Shown here piece by piece: positions 1 to 9,116 of a stretch of DNA of 20,828 nt; the stretch's first letter is position 1; the number at the start of each line of letters is the position of its first letter. The notes beneath the pieces are model-generated. The model did no database searches and had not been told where the DNA came from. It saw only the letters and a list, made by a program, of their open reading frames with translations. The DNA is from an uncultured cyanobacterium (GTDB taxonomy: Bacteria; Cyanobacteriota; Cyanobacteriia; Cyanobacteriales; Microcystaceae). The stretch is from NCBI GenBank assembly GCA_963807635.1, contig CAWEDJ010000047.1:1-20828 (forward strand), given 5' to 3'. The translations under genes and the position numbers were made by a program.

Positions 1-2
1 TA

Positions 3-101
3 ATTAGTCCAGAAAAAGCCCAAAAATTAATTGATGCTGTTGCTAGTGGAAAATTACCTTTAACAGAAGCTTACGAATTGATAAAGAATTTACTTAATTA
101 A
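3..101 (+). CDS. 3' end of an unidentified gene entering the window (...ISPEKAQKLIDAVASGKLPLTEAYELIKNLLN*)
   Basis: Frame 3 is open from the window edge to TAA at 99-101 and converges on the next gene. Too short to identify. Confidence 0.5.
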   Translation: MSPEKAQKLIDAVASGKLPLTEAYELIKNLLN

Positions 102-116
102 AAATCTGAATTTCAC

Positions 117-1104
117 TTAAAGGTTAAGCTCTTCTTTTAGATCCTCTGGGATATTTTTTACGTTATTAAACTTGCTTTTATCAGCAGGCCATAGAGTCTC
201 TGGATTCCATCTAATATTGAGAAGGTCAGCATTAAAGAGGTCAGCTTCACCGAAGTTAGCATTACAGAGGTCGGCGTGACAGAGAATAGCGTGAGAAAGG
301 TCAGCGTGACAAAGGATAGCTTTACAGAGAGAAGCATTGGAGAGGATAGCATGATTGAGATCAGCGTGATCTAGGTTAGCATTGTATAGGTTAGCATTGT
401 ATAGGTTAGCATTAGAGAGTTTAGCGTGAGGAAGTTTGGCATTAGGGAGTTGAGCGTAAGGGAGTTCAGCGTTAGACAGATTCGCAGTAAAGAGATCAAG
501 ATTTAGTTTACCGATGACATCAGATTCAATCAGAAAATCAATAACACTGGTTTTACGTTCCGTGTCGTTTTTAAACAGTCTTAAAATGGATAGCGTCCTG
601 GCTCGAATTAGATTCAGTGACGAATCTAAAAGCTCTTGCTCTTCAGACTTAATTTCACCTGAATTAAGCTTATTTGAAAGTGCGATTAAGTTCTTGTCAA
701 TTAACAGCACGGATAATTGATCAAAGTAGGTTTGTAAGACTTCTTCCTTGGTGTTATTGTCTGCAATTTTTTGCTGGTCTTTAGATAGTGTCGCCGCACG
801 TTCTTGTTGTTCTTTTTGTAGCCAAGTTCCTAAAACTAGTAATGTTAAAGGTACTCCTAAAACACTTAGCCAATCCCAGACAGTTTTTCCATCGTTATAG
901 GCAGTTATTTCTACTGTTTTAACGAGATTCCCTTGTTTATCTTTTTTGACAGTTTCAACAGTTGTTGTCGTAACAGATTTATCCTTTCCTATGCCAAATC
1001 CACCAGGCCAGAATATCGTCGGAAAAGCCGAAAAAACGACAACGAAAATTAACAGGGCAATTGTTGGGCCAAGAAAATTTTAATTTCTTTAGTTCAGAAA
1101 GCAT
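117..1104 (-). CDS. Membrane-anchored pentapeptide-repeat protein (~328 aa) with one apparent frameshift near 1074-1077
   Basis: The frame of ORF 117-710 stays open upstream to 1079, through hydrophobic segments (FLGPTIALLIFVVVFSAFP; KTVWDWLSVLGVPLTLLVLGTW) and LQTYFDQLS. The C-terminus has A(D/N)Lxx repeats. ATG at 1104 joins the frame if one base of AAAA 1074-1077 is removed. Confidence 0.85.
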
Positions 1105-1217
1105 TATTCAAGAAGATAACTCATAATTATTGATTATATGTGATTTTTAGCAATTTTGTTTCGTGTCCAAGATTCTAAAACATGGTCGCCTTTACATTAA
1201 CTCTAAAAATCTAAACT

Positions 1218-1333
1218 GCGATCACTTTTATTGTCTTTCATCATTGCAATCACAGAGCTTGTGGTGCGATCACTGTCTTCTTATTGATTAAACTTTAAAA
1301 CCGCAATCGCTTTTTTTGATGAAGTGCGATCGC
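1218..1333. repeat. Cluster of five HIP1/HIP1-like octamers
   Basis: GCGATCAC 1218, GCAATCAC 1246, GCGATCAC 1266, GCAATCGC 1303, GCGATCGC 1326. Confidence 0.7.
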
Positions 1334-1403
1334 TGATCTGTCAGTTGAAGTGACGAAACCAAACAAGCTTTGCAACCAGCTACTTAGGAGGGATTCATTA
1401 AAG

Positions 1404-2832
1404 TTATTGTTTGACTAATTTCTCTCGTAATTCGCTTTTAATGCGATTCAAAATCGAAGCCTCATCGAGGGATTCTAAAATATTAGTCACAACGGTTTTC
1501 GGGCAATCTGCCCCAGGAAGCTCCATTGGCTAAATAGGTTTTCGTGACTTGCCCGATCGCGTAACAGGTCACTCCTGCCACCCCCGCCTGGGTAATGGCA
1601 ATGGTCATATAAGGCGCGAGGGAAATTCCCCCTGTCACAGGAACCGTTAATCCCAAAATCCCTTTGAGTGAACTTAATCCGAGGGATGTTAGAAACTCGC
1701 TGGCACTGATGCCGCCCATACTAATGCCAATTTTTTGTAAAAGTGCGATCGCGGAAGTGTGGGTCATGGTGATACCGTAGAGGCGGGAAAGAGCCAAAAT
1801 CATGGCGATATCAATTACGGCTCCTGTAAATAAATCTACCGCAGTCACAGGATTTAAGGCGATCGCAACGGCTTTGATCATCACAGCTTTTTGAATAGTG
1901 TCATCAGCCAGGGCATTGCGGACTTCCATCTTGCGTTGGACAAATTTTTCGTTCACATTATCGGCACAAAGTAGGGTATTTAAAGCCACCAAAGATTTCC
2001 CTTCCCGTTGTAAAAGTTCGACAATTTTTAACTTTAATTCTGTTACCTGGGGTTCACTTCGATATTGATGACGCTTCACTTTTCCCGACTTATCTTTGAT
2101 TAATTCTGACTGTAAAGGATTCGCGGCGACCATGACAATTTCATCGGGCGAAAGTAATTCCTTGACTCGTTCATCTCGAATTTTTTCATAAATGGCTAGG
2201 CGATCTGTTTCAGGATATTGATCGATTTTATTAAATACCAAAATCATCGGTTTTCCCACTTCTCGCAATTGAGAAAGGGCATTATATTCAACCTTACTTA
2301 AATCCCCTGCAATAATAAAAAGAATCAGATCAGTTTTTTGAGCAATATCACGGGCTAAGGCTTCACGGGTTTCTCCATCCACTTCATCAATGCCAGGGGT
2401 ATCAATTAGCTGAATTTGCGAATTTCCCCAACCCGATAGAGTAAACTTTTTAACCTGTTTTAAATTCTCATCCTGACTCACTTGCCAAGGCGCAGATTCG
2501 ATGATTTTAGTGACTCCATGTAGTGGCCCTGCTTCAAAAATAGGTTGACCCAGTAGGGCATTTAAAACTGAAGATTTTCCCCGTCCAACCATCCCAAAAG
2601 CGGCAATTTGCACAACCGAGTTATCTAGTTTTTCTAACATCGAAGAGAGATGATCAATGTCTTTTTCTAATCCTTGTTTTTCTCTCGGACTCAAATCTAG
2701 ATGATTGACTAAATCCCTTAAGGTATGTTGGGCTTTTTTATAATTTAATTCCTCTTGAATGGCTTCAAAATCGATCAAAGCATTCTCGAATTCTTCATTT
2801 TTCCAATTATCTTGAGGGGAAAGTTCGGTCAT
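1404..2832 (-). CDS. Era-like GTPase with C-terminal DUF697/YcjF-like domain; apparent frameshift near 1511-1514
   Basis: G1 GMVGRGKSS, G3 DTPG, G4 NKID and a hydrophobic C-terminal domain. After GASWG the tail PKTVVTNILESLDEASILNRIKSELREKLVKQ* continues in another frame to TAA at 1404-1406. Confidence 0.85.
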
Positions 2833-2923
2833 AAGAATTAGAATTAAAAAAGTTAATATTTAAAAAATGAATCGTATTGGATTATCTATACAAAATGTGT
2901 TACTTATTTCCCATATAAATTAA

Positions 2924-2947
2924 GGACATAATCTATTATGTTTCTAC
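2924..2947 (-). repeat. GTAG-type REP-like palindrome, copy 1
   Basis: Minus strand reads GTAGAAACATAATAGATTATGTCC, a variant of the copy at 4336-4359. Confidence 0.6.
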
Positions 2948-2985
2948 AGATACTTTTTGGGTGTTCATAATTGGCGATAATTCCT

Positions 2986-2999
2986 GCGATCGCTATAAT
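2986..2999 (+). promoter_or_regulatory. Putative -10 element (TATAAT) directly abutting a HIP1 site, upstream of the MOSC gene
   Basis: GCGATCGC 2986-2993 is followed by TATAAT 2994-2999, 31 nt before ATG 3031. Confidence 0.45.
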
Positions 3000-3030
3000 A
3001 AATTGTATTGATTAGCCAAAAATTGCTTTT

Positions 3031-3861
3031 ATGAAAGTATCGGGCATTTTTATTTATCCTATCAAATCCTGTCAGGGAATTGCTCTCACTGAAACCGACG
3101 TTCTTCCCCAGGGTTTTGCTTGGGATAGGGAATTTATGCTGGTGGATGGATCGGGAAATTTTTTAACCCAACGACAATATCCCCAACTAGCAACGATTCA
3201 GGTCAAAATTCAGGCTAATCATTTAATTTTATCGGTGAATGAAGAGAAAACAGTTATTCTAAAGCCTCATTTTTCTGGCGTTGAAAAAACCGTTCAAGTG
3301 TGGCGCGATCGCGTGACAGCCATTGATCAAGGAGATGGCATTGCGGAGTGGTTCCAAACGGTGTTAAATTTGCCATCTGAGACTAAAATTCGCTTAGTCA
3401 GACAATCTCCCGAACATATTCGCCCGATTAATAAAAATTACACCAATAATGAAGAAAAGCCCGTCAGTTTTGCCGATGGTTTCCCGATTTTATTAACGGC
3501 AACCGCTTCCCTCGCAGAATTAAATCGACGCTTAGAACTCAACTATCCGAACCAATCTCCGTCTATTCCCATGAATCGTTTTCGTCCCAATTTAGTGATC
3601 GAAACCGAGGAGCCTTTTATGGAGAGCGACTGGCAAAGGGTTACAATTAATCAACTGACTCTTGCCTTGGTCAAACCCTGTTCTCGCTGTATCGTCACCA
3701 CAACGGATCAGTTAAGCGGCGATCGCAACCCCCACAATGAACCCCTGAAAACCCTGAGTACTTTTCGCCAAATTCCCCAGGAAGGCATTATGTTTGGAGA
3801 AAATGCGATTCCCCTAAAGACGGGTAAAATCAGCATTGGTGATGAAGTAAATGGAGAATAG
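3031..3861 (+). CDS. MOSC domain-containing protein (YcbX/mARC-like)
   Basis: IYPIKSC, DREFMLVD, FADGFPILL, RFRPNLVI and KPCSRCIVTT motifs. Confidence 0.95.
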   Translation: MKVSGIFIYPIKSCQGIALTETDVLPQGFAWDREFMLVDGSGNFLTQRQYPQLATIQVKIQANHLILSVNEEKTVILKPHFSGVEKTVQVWRDRVTAIDQGDGIAEWFQTVLNLPSETKIRLVRQSPEHIRPINKNYTNNEEKPVSFADGFPILLTATASLAELNRRLELNYPNQSPSIPMNRFRPNLVIETEEPFMESDWQRVTINQLTLALVKPCSRCIVTTTDQLSGDRNPHNEPLKTLSTFRQIPQEGIMFGENAIPLKTGKISIGDEVNGE

Positions 3862-3924
3862 GGGATTTGAACCCCTGACCTCTGCGGTGCGATCGCAGCA
3901 CTCTACCAACTGAGCTAATTCCCC
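3852..3924 (-). tRNA. tRNA-Ala (anticodon CGC)
   Basis: Reverse complement GGGGAATTAGCTCAGTTGGTAGAGTGCTGCGATCGCACCGCAGAGGTCAGGGGTTCAAATCCCCTATTCTCCA folds as a cloverleaf with G3:U70, anticodon arm CTGCG-ATCGCAC-CGCAG and TTC T-loop. Confidence 0.97.
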
Positions 3925-3949
3925 TTGGATCGTCTATCTTATCATCTAA

Positions 3950-4261
3950 ATGCTATTATTTGTGATCTGTTTTAATCTATCTTTGACGCTCTTCAATCTT
4001 TATTTGGTGTTGCGTCTCCTACGATTGCGACAGTATTTAAAATGTACCACCCAGAGATTGATACGACTCGAAAAGTGTTCGCACCGTCTTTTGGCTCCCC
4101 TACCCCCCAATTTGACCCAAGCTAAACAAGGAACGATCCAATTGAGGAAAGGTTATCAAAAATTAAGCAGACAATTAATGCTTTTGCAGGGACTATTACA
4201 AAGTTTACAAGTGATTAATCTGATCTGGAAAAAACGAAGATGGGGAAGTCATTCAGTCTGA
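3950..4261 (+). CDS. Hypothetical protein with N-terminal hydrophobic helix and basic coiled-coil-like body
   Basis: 103-aa ORF filling the gap between the tRNA and the MarC gene. Confidence 0.7.
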   Translation: MLLFVICFNLSLTLFNLYLVLRLLRLRQYLKCTTQRLIRLEKCSHRLLAPLPPNLTQAKQGTIQLRKGYQKLSRQLMLLQGLLQSLQVINLIWKKRRWGSHSV

Positions 4262-4335
4262 TCAAAAATCAAAAAAGAAGAAAAATGCCGAAAATAACTT
4301 ACAAAAAATTGCCTTGTGATAACAGATAAATCTTT

Positions 4336-4359
4336 GTAGGGACATAATATATTATGTCC
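4336..4359 (+). repeat. GTAG-type REP-like palindrome, copy 2
   Basis: GTAG followed by the perfect 20-bp palindrome GGACATAATATATTATGTCC (4340-4359). Confidence 0.7.
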
Positions 4360-4446
4360 TTCCTCTGTTATAGAATTTAACCGCAAAATGCTATATTTAT
4401 GTGAATATTACTATAGAAATTTCCCAAATTATTCTTTGATCGCTAT

Positions 4447-5163
4447 ATGTTAGATTTTTTTCAATTTACGATGGGGAGTTTTGCCTCCCTCTTTCCCGTT
4501 GCTGATCCTTTGGGAGCGGTTCCCCTATTTATCGTTTTATCCGCTAACGCACCGCCCGAACTTCGCAAACAATTTGCTAGTAAAATTGGTCTTTATACCA
4601 TTTTAGTGCTGGTGATTTTTTTATTTATTGGTGGCAGTATTTTAAACTTTTTTGGGATTTCTATTGCGGTCGTTAAAATTGCAGGAGGAGCGGTTATTTT
4701 TGAAGCAGGATGGCAAGCTTTAAAGGAAGGTTCCCAATTGACTCCAGAAAATAAAACGGTCGCGATCGCAGAAGTAAAAGAACACGAAAATATTGCTTTT
4801 ATTCCCATGACGATTCCCCTGTTGGCGGGGCCAGGTTCCATTGCCGTCACTCTCGGATTAGCGGCCCAAGCAGGACAAGATTTCTCCCTAAAAACAGGTT
4901 TAAATTATGGGGCGGCCATTGTCGCGATCGCGATGATCGGATTTGTGAGCTTTGTCTGTTTACGACTTTCTAGTTGGTTTTTGGAAATCTTTGGAGAAAC
5001 GGGAATCATGGCTATTAGTCGTTTATTAGGTTTATTTATCCTAGCGGTTGGAGTCCAATTAATTCTCAATGGATTTACCGATTGGATTCATGATTTTAAT
5101 GGAGAAGAACAATCATTAGTAAACCGTTGGCTCTCATTTTTGATTGGCAATTATTTTGGATAA
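4447..5163 (+). CDS. MarC (NAAT) family integral membrane protein
   Basis: LFPVADPLG, IAGG, PMTIPLLAGPGSI and SRLLGLFILAVGVQ motifs; about six hydrophobic helices. Confidence 0.93.
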   Translation: MLDFFQFTMGSFASLFPVADPLGAVPLFIVLSANAPPELRKQFASKIGLYTILVLVIFLFIGGSILNFFGISIAVVKIAGGAVIFEAGWQALKEGSQLTPENKTVAIAEVKEHENIAFIPMTIPLLAGPGSIAVTLGLAAQAGQDFSLKTGLNYGAAIVAIAMIGFVSFVCLRLSSWFLEIFGETGIMAISRLLGLFILAVGVQLILNGFTDWIHDFNGEEQSLVNRWLSFLIGNYFG

Positions 5164-5178
5164 AATAAATAAAATTAC

Positions 5179-6119
5179 TTAGTTAAATAGATCAGAAAAT
5201 TCTGAAGTTAAATGCCGCTCCATCAAATTTTTAACCGCTTCTTGGGGAGTAGTTTTACCCTTTAATAAATAATAAACTTGATCCGCAATCGGCACAGAAA
5301 TTTCTTTAATTTGTGCAATTTTAACCAAAACTTCCGTTGTATTCACCCCTTCAGGACAGCCTTCACTTTCTGCTAAAATTTTCTCTAAACTCATTCCTTT
5401 TCCTAACTTATAACCCACCTGATAATTGCGAGATAACGGACTACTACAGGTTGCCAACAAATCCCCCAATCCCGATAGACCAAAAAACGTTTCAGGTTGC
5501 GCCCCCAAAGCCAAACCCACTCGAATCATTTCTGGTAATGCCCTCGTTAATAAAGCCGATTTCGCATTAGTTCCCAGGGCTAAACCGTCACACACCCCCG
5601 CCGCATCGCCACCACATTTTTGAGAGTACCGCCCAACTCCGTCCCCAAAGGATCACGATTCAAATAAACCCGAAAACTAGGGGAAGAAAAAATAGTTTGC
5701 ACCCGATCGGCCGCCAAGGTATGTTTGCTCGCCACCGCCGTTGCCGCAGGAAGTCCCATCGTAATTTCTTTGGATAAATTCGGCCCCGATAAAACCACTA
5801 AGGGAAAATAGGGAAAAGCCTTTTTCCACAGTTGGGAAGGGGTTTGCAGAGTGACAGGATCTAAGCCTTTTGTTGCTGTCACTAAAATCATTTTTTCGGA
5901 TAAATTTAAGGGGTGAAGTTGATTAATTACGGCTTGAACCCCCGCCATAGAAACAGCAGATACAATCACATCCGTACCTTGGAGAATCTTTTCTAAAGAG
6001 TCTGAATGATTTCGCGACCATAACCGAACCTCATAATCATTCCGTCTTGCCAGTGCCGCTAACGCCGTTCCCCACCGTCCAGCCCCGATAATGGTGACAA
6101 TTTTTGATTGATCTTCCAT
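5179..6119 (-). CDS. gpsA: NAD(P)H-dependent glycerol-3-phosphate dehydrogenase; apparent 1-nt deletion at ~5604
   Basis: IIGAGRWG, ATKGL, LSGPNL, ELGGTLKNV, GLSGLGDL, SRN and EGV motifs split over two ORFs. Restoring GC-ATCGC (5603-5609) to GCGATCGC gives KNVVAIAAGVCDGL in one frame. Confidence 0.95.
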
Positions 6120-6209
6120 TGTATTAATTGCGCGCGATTTTAAGTCCTAAAGCTATTCTCTCATAAGCTGTTAAAATTGAGAAATTGTAAACAAATTAAT
6201 CGCATTAAG

Positions 6210-6637
6210 ATGACGGTATTTCGTAATCCCACGCCGACGGTAGATATTATTATTGAAATGATCGATCAACCCCATCGACCCATTCTTTTAATTGAAAGAA
6301 AAAATCCGCCCCTGGTTGGGCTTTACCTGGAGGGTTCGTGGATTACGGAGAAACGGTAGAAGCTGTCGCGATAAGGGAAGCAAAGGAAGAAGTCAGCCTA
6401 GAGGTGGAATTAATCGAGCAATTTCATGTCTATTCTGACCCCAATCGGGATGAGCGACAACACACCTTAAGTATTGTTTTTATGGCGATCGCCAAGGGAA
6501 CCCCTAGAGCCGCCGATGATGCTAAAAAAGTTGGTTTTTTTGAACTGAGGGAATTACCCAAAGTCCTCTGTTTTGACCATCAACAAATTCTGCAAGACTA
6601 TCTCCGCTATCGTTACTATGGAATACGTCCCCGTTGA
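6210..6637 (+). CDS. NUDIX hydrolase; apparent 1-nt deletion at ~6309-6312
   Basis: [13 protein letters not shown]...ERKNPP / [27 protein letters not shown] (Nudix box) and SDPNRDER. Confidence 0.92.
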
Positions 6638-6736
6638 ATTTAATGTGTTTTTAATATTTGTAGTTTAGAGTGAAAAATCAATCTACTTCAACCCCTTCCC
6701 TATTTGCCCCTAAAAACTTACAACGTTCCTAAAATT

Positions 6737-7794
6737 ATGGCTGATTCCAATAGCTTTCCCATTCCAGAACAAAGCCTCGATCGCGATTGCACCACCCTCT
6801 CTCGCCACGTCCTCCAACAACTCCACAGTTTCGATGCCGATGCCCAGGATCTCAGTGCCATCATGAATCGTATCGCTTTGGCAGGTAAATTAATCTCTCG
6901 TCGTCTCAGTCGAGCAGAACTCATGGCCGATGCCCTGGGATTTACAGGAGAAACCAACGTTCAGGGAGAATCCGTCAAAAAAATGGATATCTTTGCTAAT
7001 GAGGTTTTTATCTCTGTTTTTAAGCAAAGTGGCTTAGTCTGTCGCTTGGCTTCGGAAGAGATGGAAAAACCCTATTATATACCTGAAAACTGCCCCATTG
7101 GACGCTATACCCTGCTTTATGATCCCATTGATGGCTCTTCTAATGTAGATATCAACCTCAGCGTGGGGTCTATTTTTTCCATTCGTCAGCAATCAGGAGA
7201 AGATCTCACAGGAGAAGCGACGGATTTATTAACTCAAAATGGTCGTCAGCAGTTGGCGGCGGGTTACATTCTCTACGGCCCTTCGACCATGTTAGTTTAT
7301 TCCCTGGGCAGGGTGTTCATTCCTTTATTCTTGATCCGAGTTTGGGCGAGTTTATTCTGGCTCAGGAAAATATCCAAATGCCCGATCACGGTCAAATTTA
7401 TAGCACCAATGAAGGAAATTTCTGGCAATGGGATGAAGCAATTCGGGATTATGCCCGCTATGTCCATCGCCATGAAGGTTATACGGCGCGTTACAGTGGA
7501 GCTTTGGTGGGAGATATTCACCGAATTTTGATGCAGGGCGGCGTTTTTCTTTATCCTGGGACGATTAAGAATCCTGAAGGGAAATTGCGTTTACTCTACG
7601 AAACGGCTCCTTTGGCTTTTTTAATTGAACAAGCAGGAGGTAGGGCGAGTGATGGTCACACTGATATCTTAGATTTAGTGGCGGGAAAACTCCATCAACG
7701 GAACCCGCTAATTATTGGGAGTAAAGAAGATGTTCAATTGGTAAAATCGTTTATTACTGATCGAGAAAAAAGAGAACGGGACGGAGAAGGTTAA
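6737..7794 (+). CDS. fbp: Class 1 fructose-1,6-bisphosphatase; apparent 1-nt deletion at ~7306-7308
   Basis: [42 protein letters not shown] and GKLRLLYE motifs across two overlapping ORFs. Confidence 0.95.
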
Positions 7795-7800
7795 TTTTTT

Positions 7801-8199
7801 ATGATGAGTGATTCTGACAATACTCTGGCGATCGCAAACTTAGCCTTTGAAGCCTGGAAAATGGGATTAGCCACAGGTAACTGGGAAGCCTTTTTAAACC
7901 TGTTGACCGAGGATTTTACTTTCTCTTTTCCTGTTGGTAAATATCAAGGAATTCATCAAGGTAAAGAAAGCGCAAAAGAATTTTTTGAGTATGTTTCTAA
8001 AATCTATTCGGAAGGTTTAGAAGTTGATTTAAAAAGAACGCTTCAGACGGATCAAACCGTTATTTTCGAGATCGAATCTGCTGGCCAAATGTTAGGACAA
8101 GCCTATCGTAATCAGGCGTCTGTTTTTTTTGAAGTCAGGGGTGAAAAAATCTGTAATTATCGGGAATATCTCGCGGTTTTTTATCGCATAAATCCATAA
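7801..8199 (+). CDS. NTF2/SnoaL-like domain protein
   Basis: 132 aa with the pattern LLTEDFTFSFP...YRNQASVFFEVRGEKICNYREY. Confidence 0.85.
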   Translation: MMSDSDNTLAIANLAFEAWKMGLATGNWEAFLNLLTEDFTFSFPVGKYQGIHQGKESAKEFFEYVSKIYSEGLEVDLKRTLQTDQTVIFEIESAGQMLGQAYRNQASVFFEVRGEKICNYREYLAVFYRINP

Positions 8200-8288
8200 T
8201 TTTGCACGTGATCGCATCCCAACCCCGATAGATTATCCTAAAATAAGAAAATCTTCCCCTCAATCAAACACCAAAGGAATGATACATC

Positions 8289-8606
8289 ATGGCAACGATG
8301 ATCGAAACTGACCTCAAGGAAATCTTATCTAAAATAGACAATCGCTTAGAACACATAGAAAAAGACTTGACGGATTTTAAAGCTGACATGGCGAAAGAGC
8401 TAACGGACTTTAAAACGGATATCAGCAAAGACATGACTGTTCTGAAAGTCGATATGGCAACGGTCAAAGCTGACCTAACCACCGTTAAAGATGATATCAA
8501 AGACCTTAAAGGTTCTCAACGCTCTCAGATATGGGCGTTAATTATCACCGTCATCGGAGCGACTATTACCGCCGTTGTTAAATTTGGTTTCTTCCCTAAT
8601 CCCTAA
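8289..8606 (+). CDS. Small coiled-coil protein with C-terminal membrane anchor, paralogue 1 (105 aa)
   Basis: AAAGGA RBS; MATMIETDLKE start; hendecad/heptad repeats; hydrophobic IWALIITVIGATITAVV followed by KFGFFPNP. Confidence 0.9.
   Translation: MATMIETDLKEILSKIDNRLEHIEKDLTDFKADMAKELTDFKTDISKDMTVLKVDMATVKADLTTVKDDIKDLKGSQRSQIWALIITVIGATITAVVKFGFFPNP
8361..8459 (+). repeat. Three degenerate 33-bp tandem repeats (11-residue units) inside paralogue 1
   Basis: KDLTDFKADMA / KELTDFKTDIS / KDMTVLKVDMA at 8361, 8394 and 8427. Confidence 0.75.
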
Positions 8607-8640
8607 TCCAAACTAATTACAACCAGAGGAAAAATAATCA

Positions 8641-8931
8641 ATGCATATCGTATTTCGGACTGAGAAAGAAGGTATCCAATGTCTCAATATTAGTAATTGG
8701 CTCATAGACAATAAAGGTTATAAGGGTAAAGGTTCTATAGCGGAGTTATGTATTATCATTGATATCCCTGAACAATGTATCAACTTCAATGGGGATGCTA
8801 AGTTTTGTACTCAAATTGAATATCACGAGAAGAAATGGTTTGTTGTCACCTTAGAGAATAATACTATCCATATTCCTGACTTTGAGATACTAGAAATGGA
8901 ACCTGATATCAGGAAGTATCTAGAAATCTAG
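8641..8931 (+). CDS. Hypothetical protein (96 aa), array cargo 1
   Basis: GAGGA RBS upstream; intact AT-rich ORF; no family recognised. Confidence 0.75.
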   Translation: MHIVFRTEKEGIQCLNISNWLIDNKGYKGKGSIAELCIIIDIPEQCINFNGDAKFCTQIEYHEKKWFVVTLENNTIHIPDFEILEMEPDIRKYLEI

Positions 8932-8950
8932 AGAATCTATGGGGGGTAAG

Positions 8951-9049
8951 ATGCGATCGCGAAAGTCAAGAGTGCGAAATTTTATTATCACAGTCATTGG
9001 GGCGACGATCACCGCCGTCGTAAAATTTGGTTTCTTCTCTAACCCTTAA
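8951..9049 (+). other. Anchor-only copy of the paralogue 3' end, either a gene remnant or a 32-aa small ORF (MRSRKSRVRNFIITVIGATITAVVKFGFFSNP; alternative ATG at 8939)
   Basis: 8984-9049 matches 8541-8606 at 56/66 nt, with 9 of the 10 differences synonymous. In-frame ATGs lie at 8939 and 8951. Confidence 0.7.
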
Positions 9050-9116
9050 AACTGCGATCGCAGTCTAAATCCTATAAATTAACCTAAAAATACGAAGACT
9101 AAAGGAGTAATAAGTC

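Noticed and set aside
158..720. ORFs 158-352 (-) and 514-720 (+)
   Set aside because: Alternative-frame and antisense shadows of the pentapeptide-repeat gene.
1339..1365. GTTGAAGTGACGAAACCAAACA, faintly like cyanobacterial REP-type repeats ending ACGAAACCCAAC
   Set aside because: Single degenerate copy with no intact hairpin or GTAG tag.
4593..7521. Short ORFs 4593-4850, 5337-5570, 5426-5623, 6718-6957 and 7297-7521
   Set aside because: Antisense to the well-supported MarC, gpsA and fbp genes, with no recognisable motifs.
8971..8995. AGTGCGAAATT resembling the XerC arm of a dif site at the insertion edge
   Set aside because: No XerD arm (TTATGTTAAAT-like) at the required spacing.
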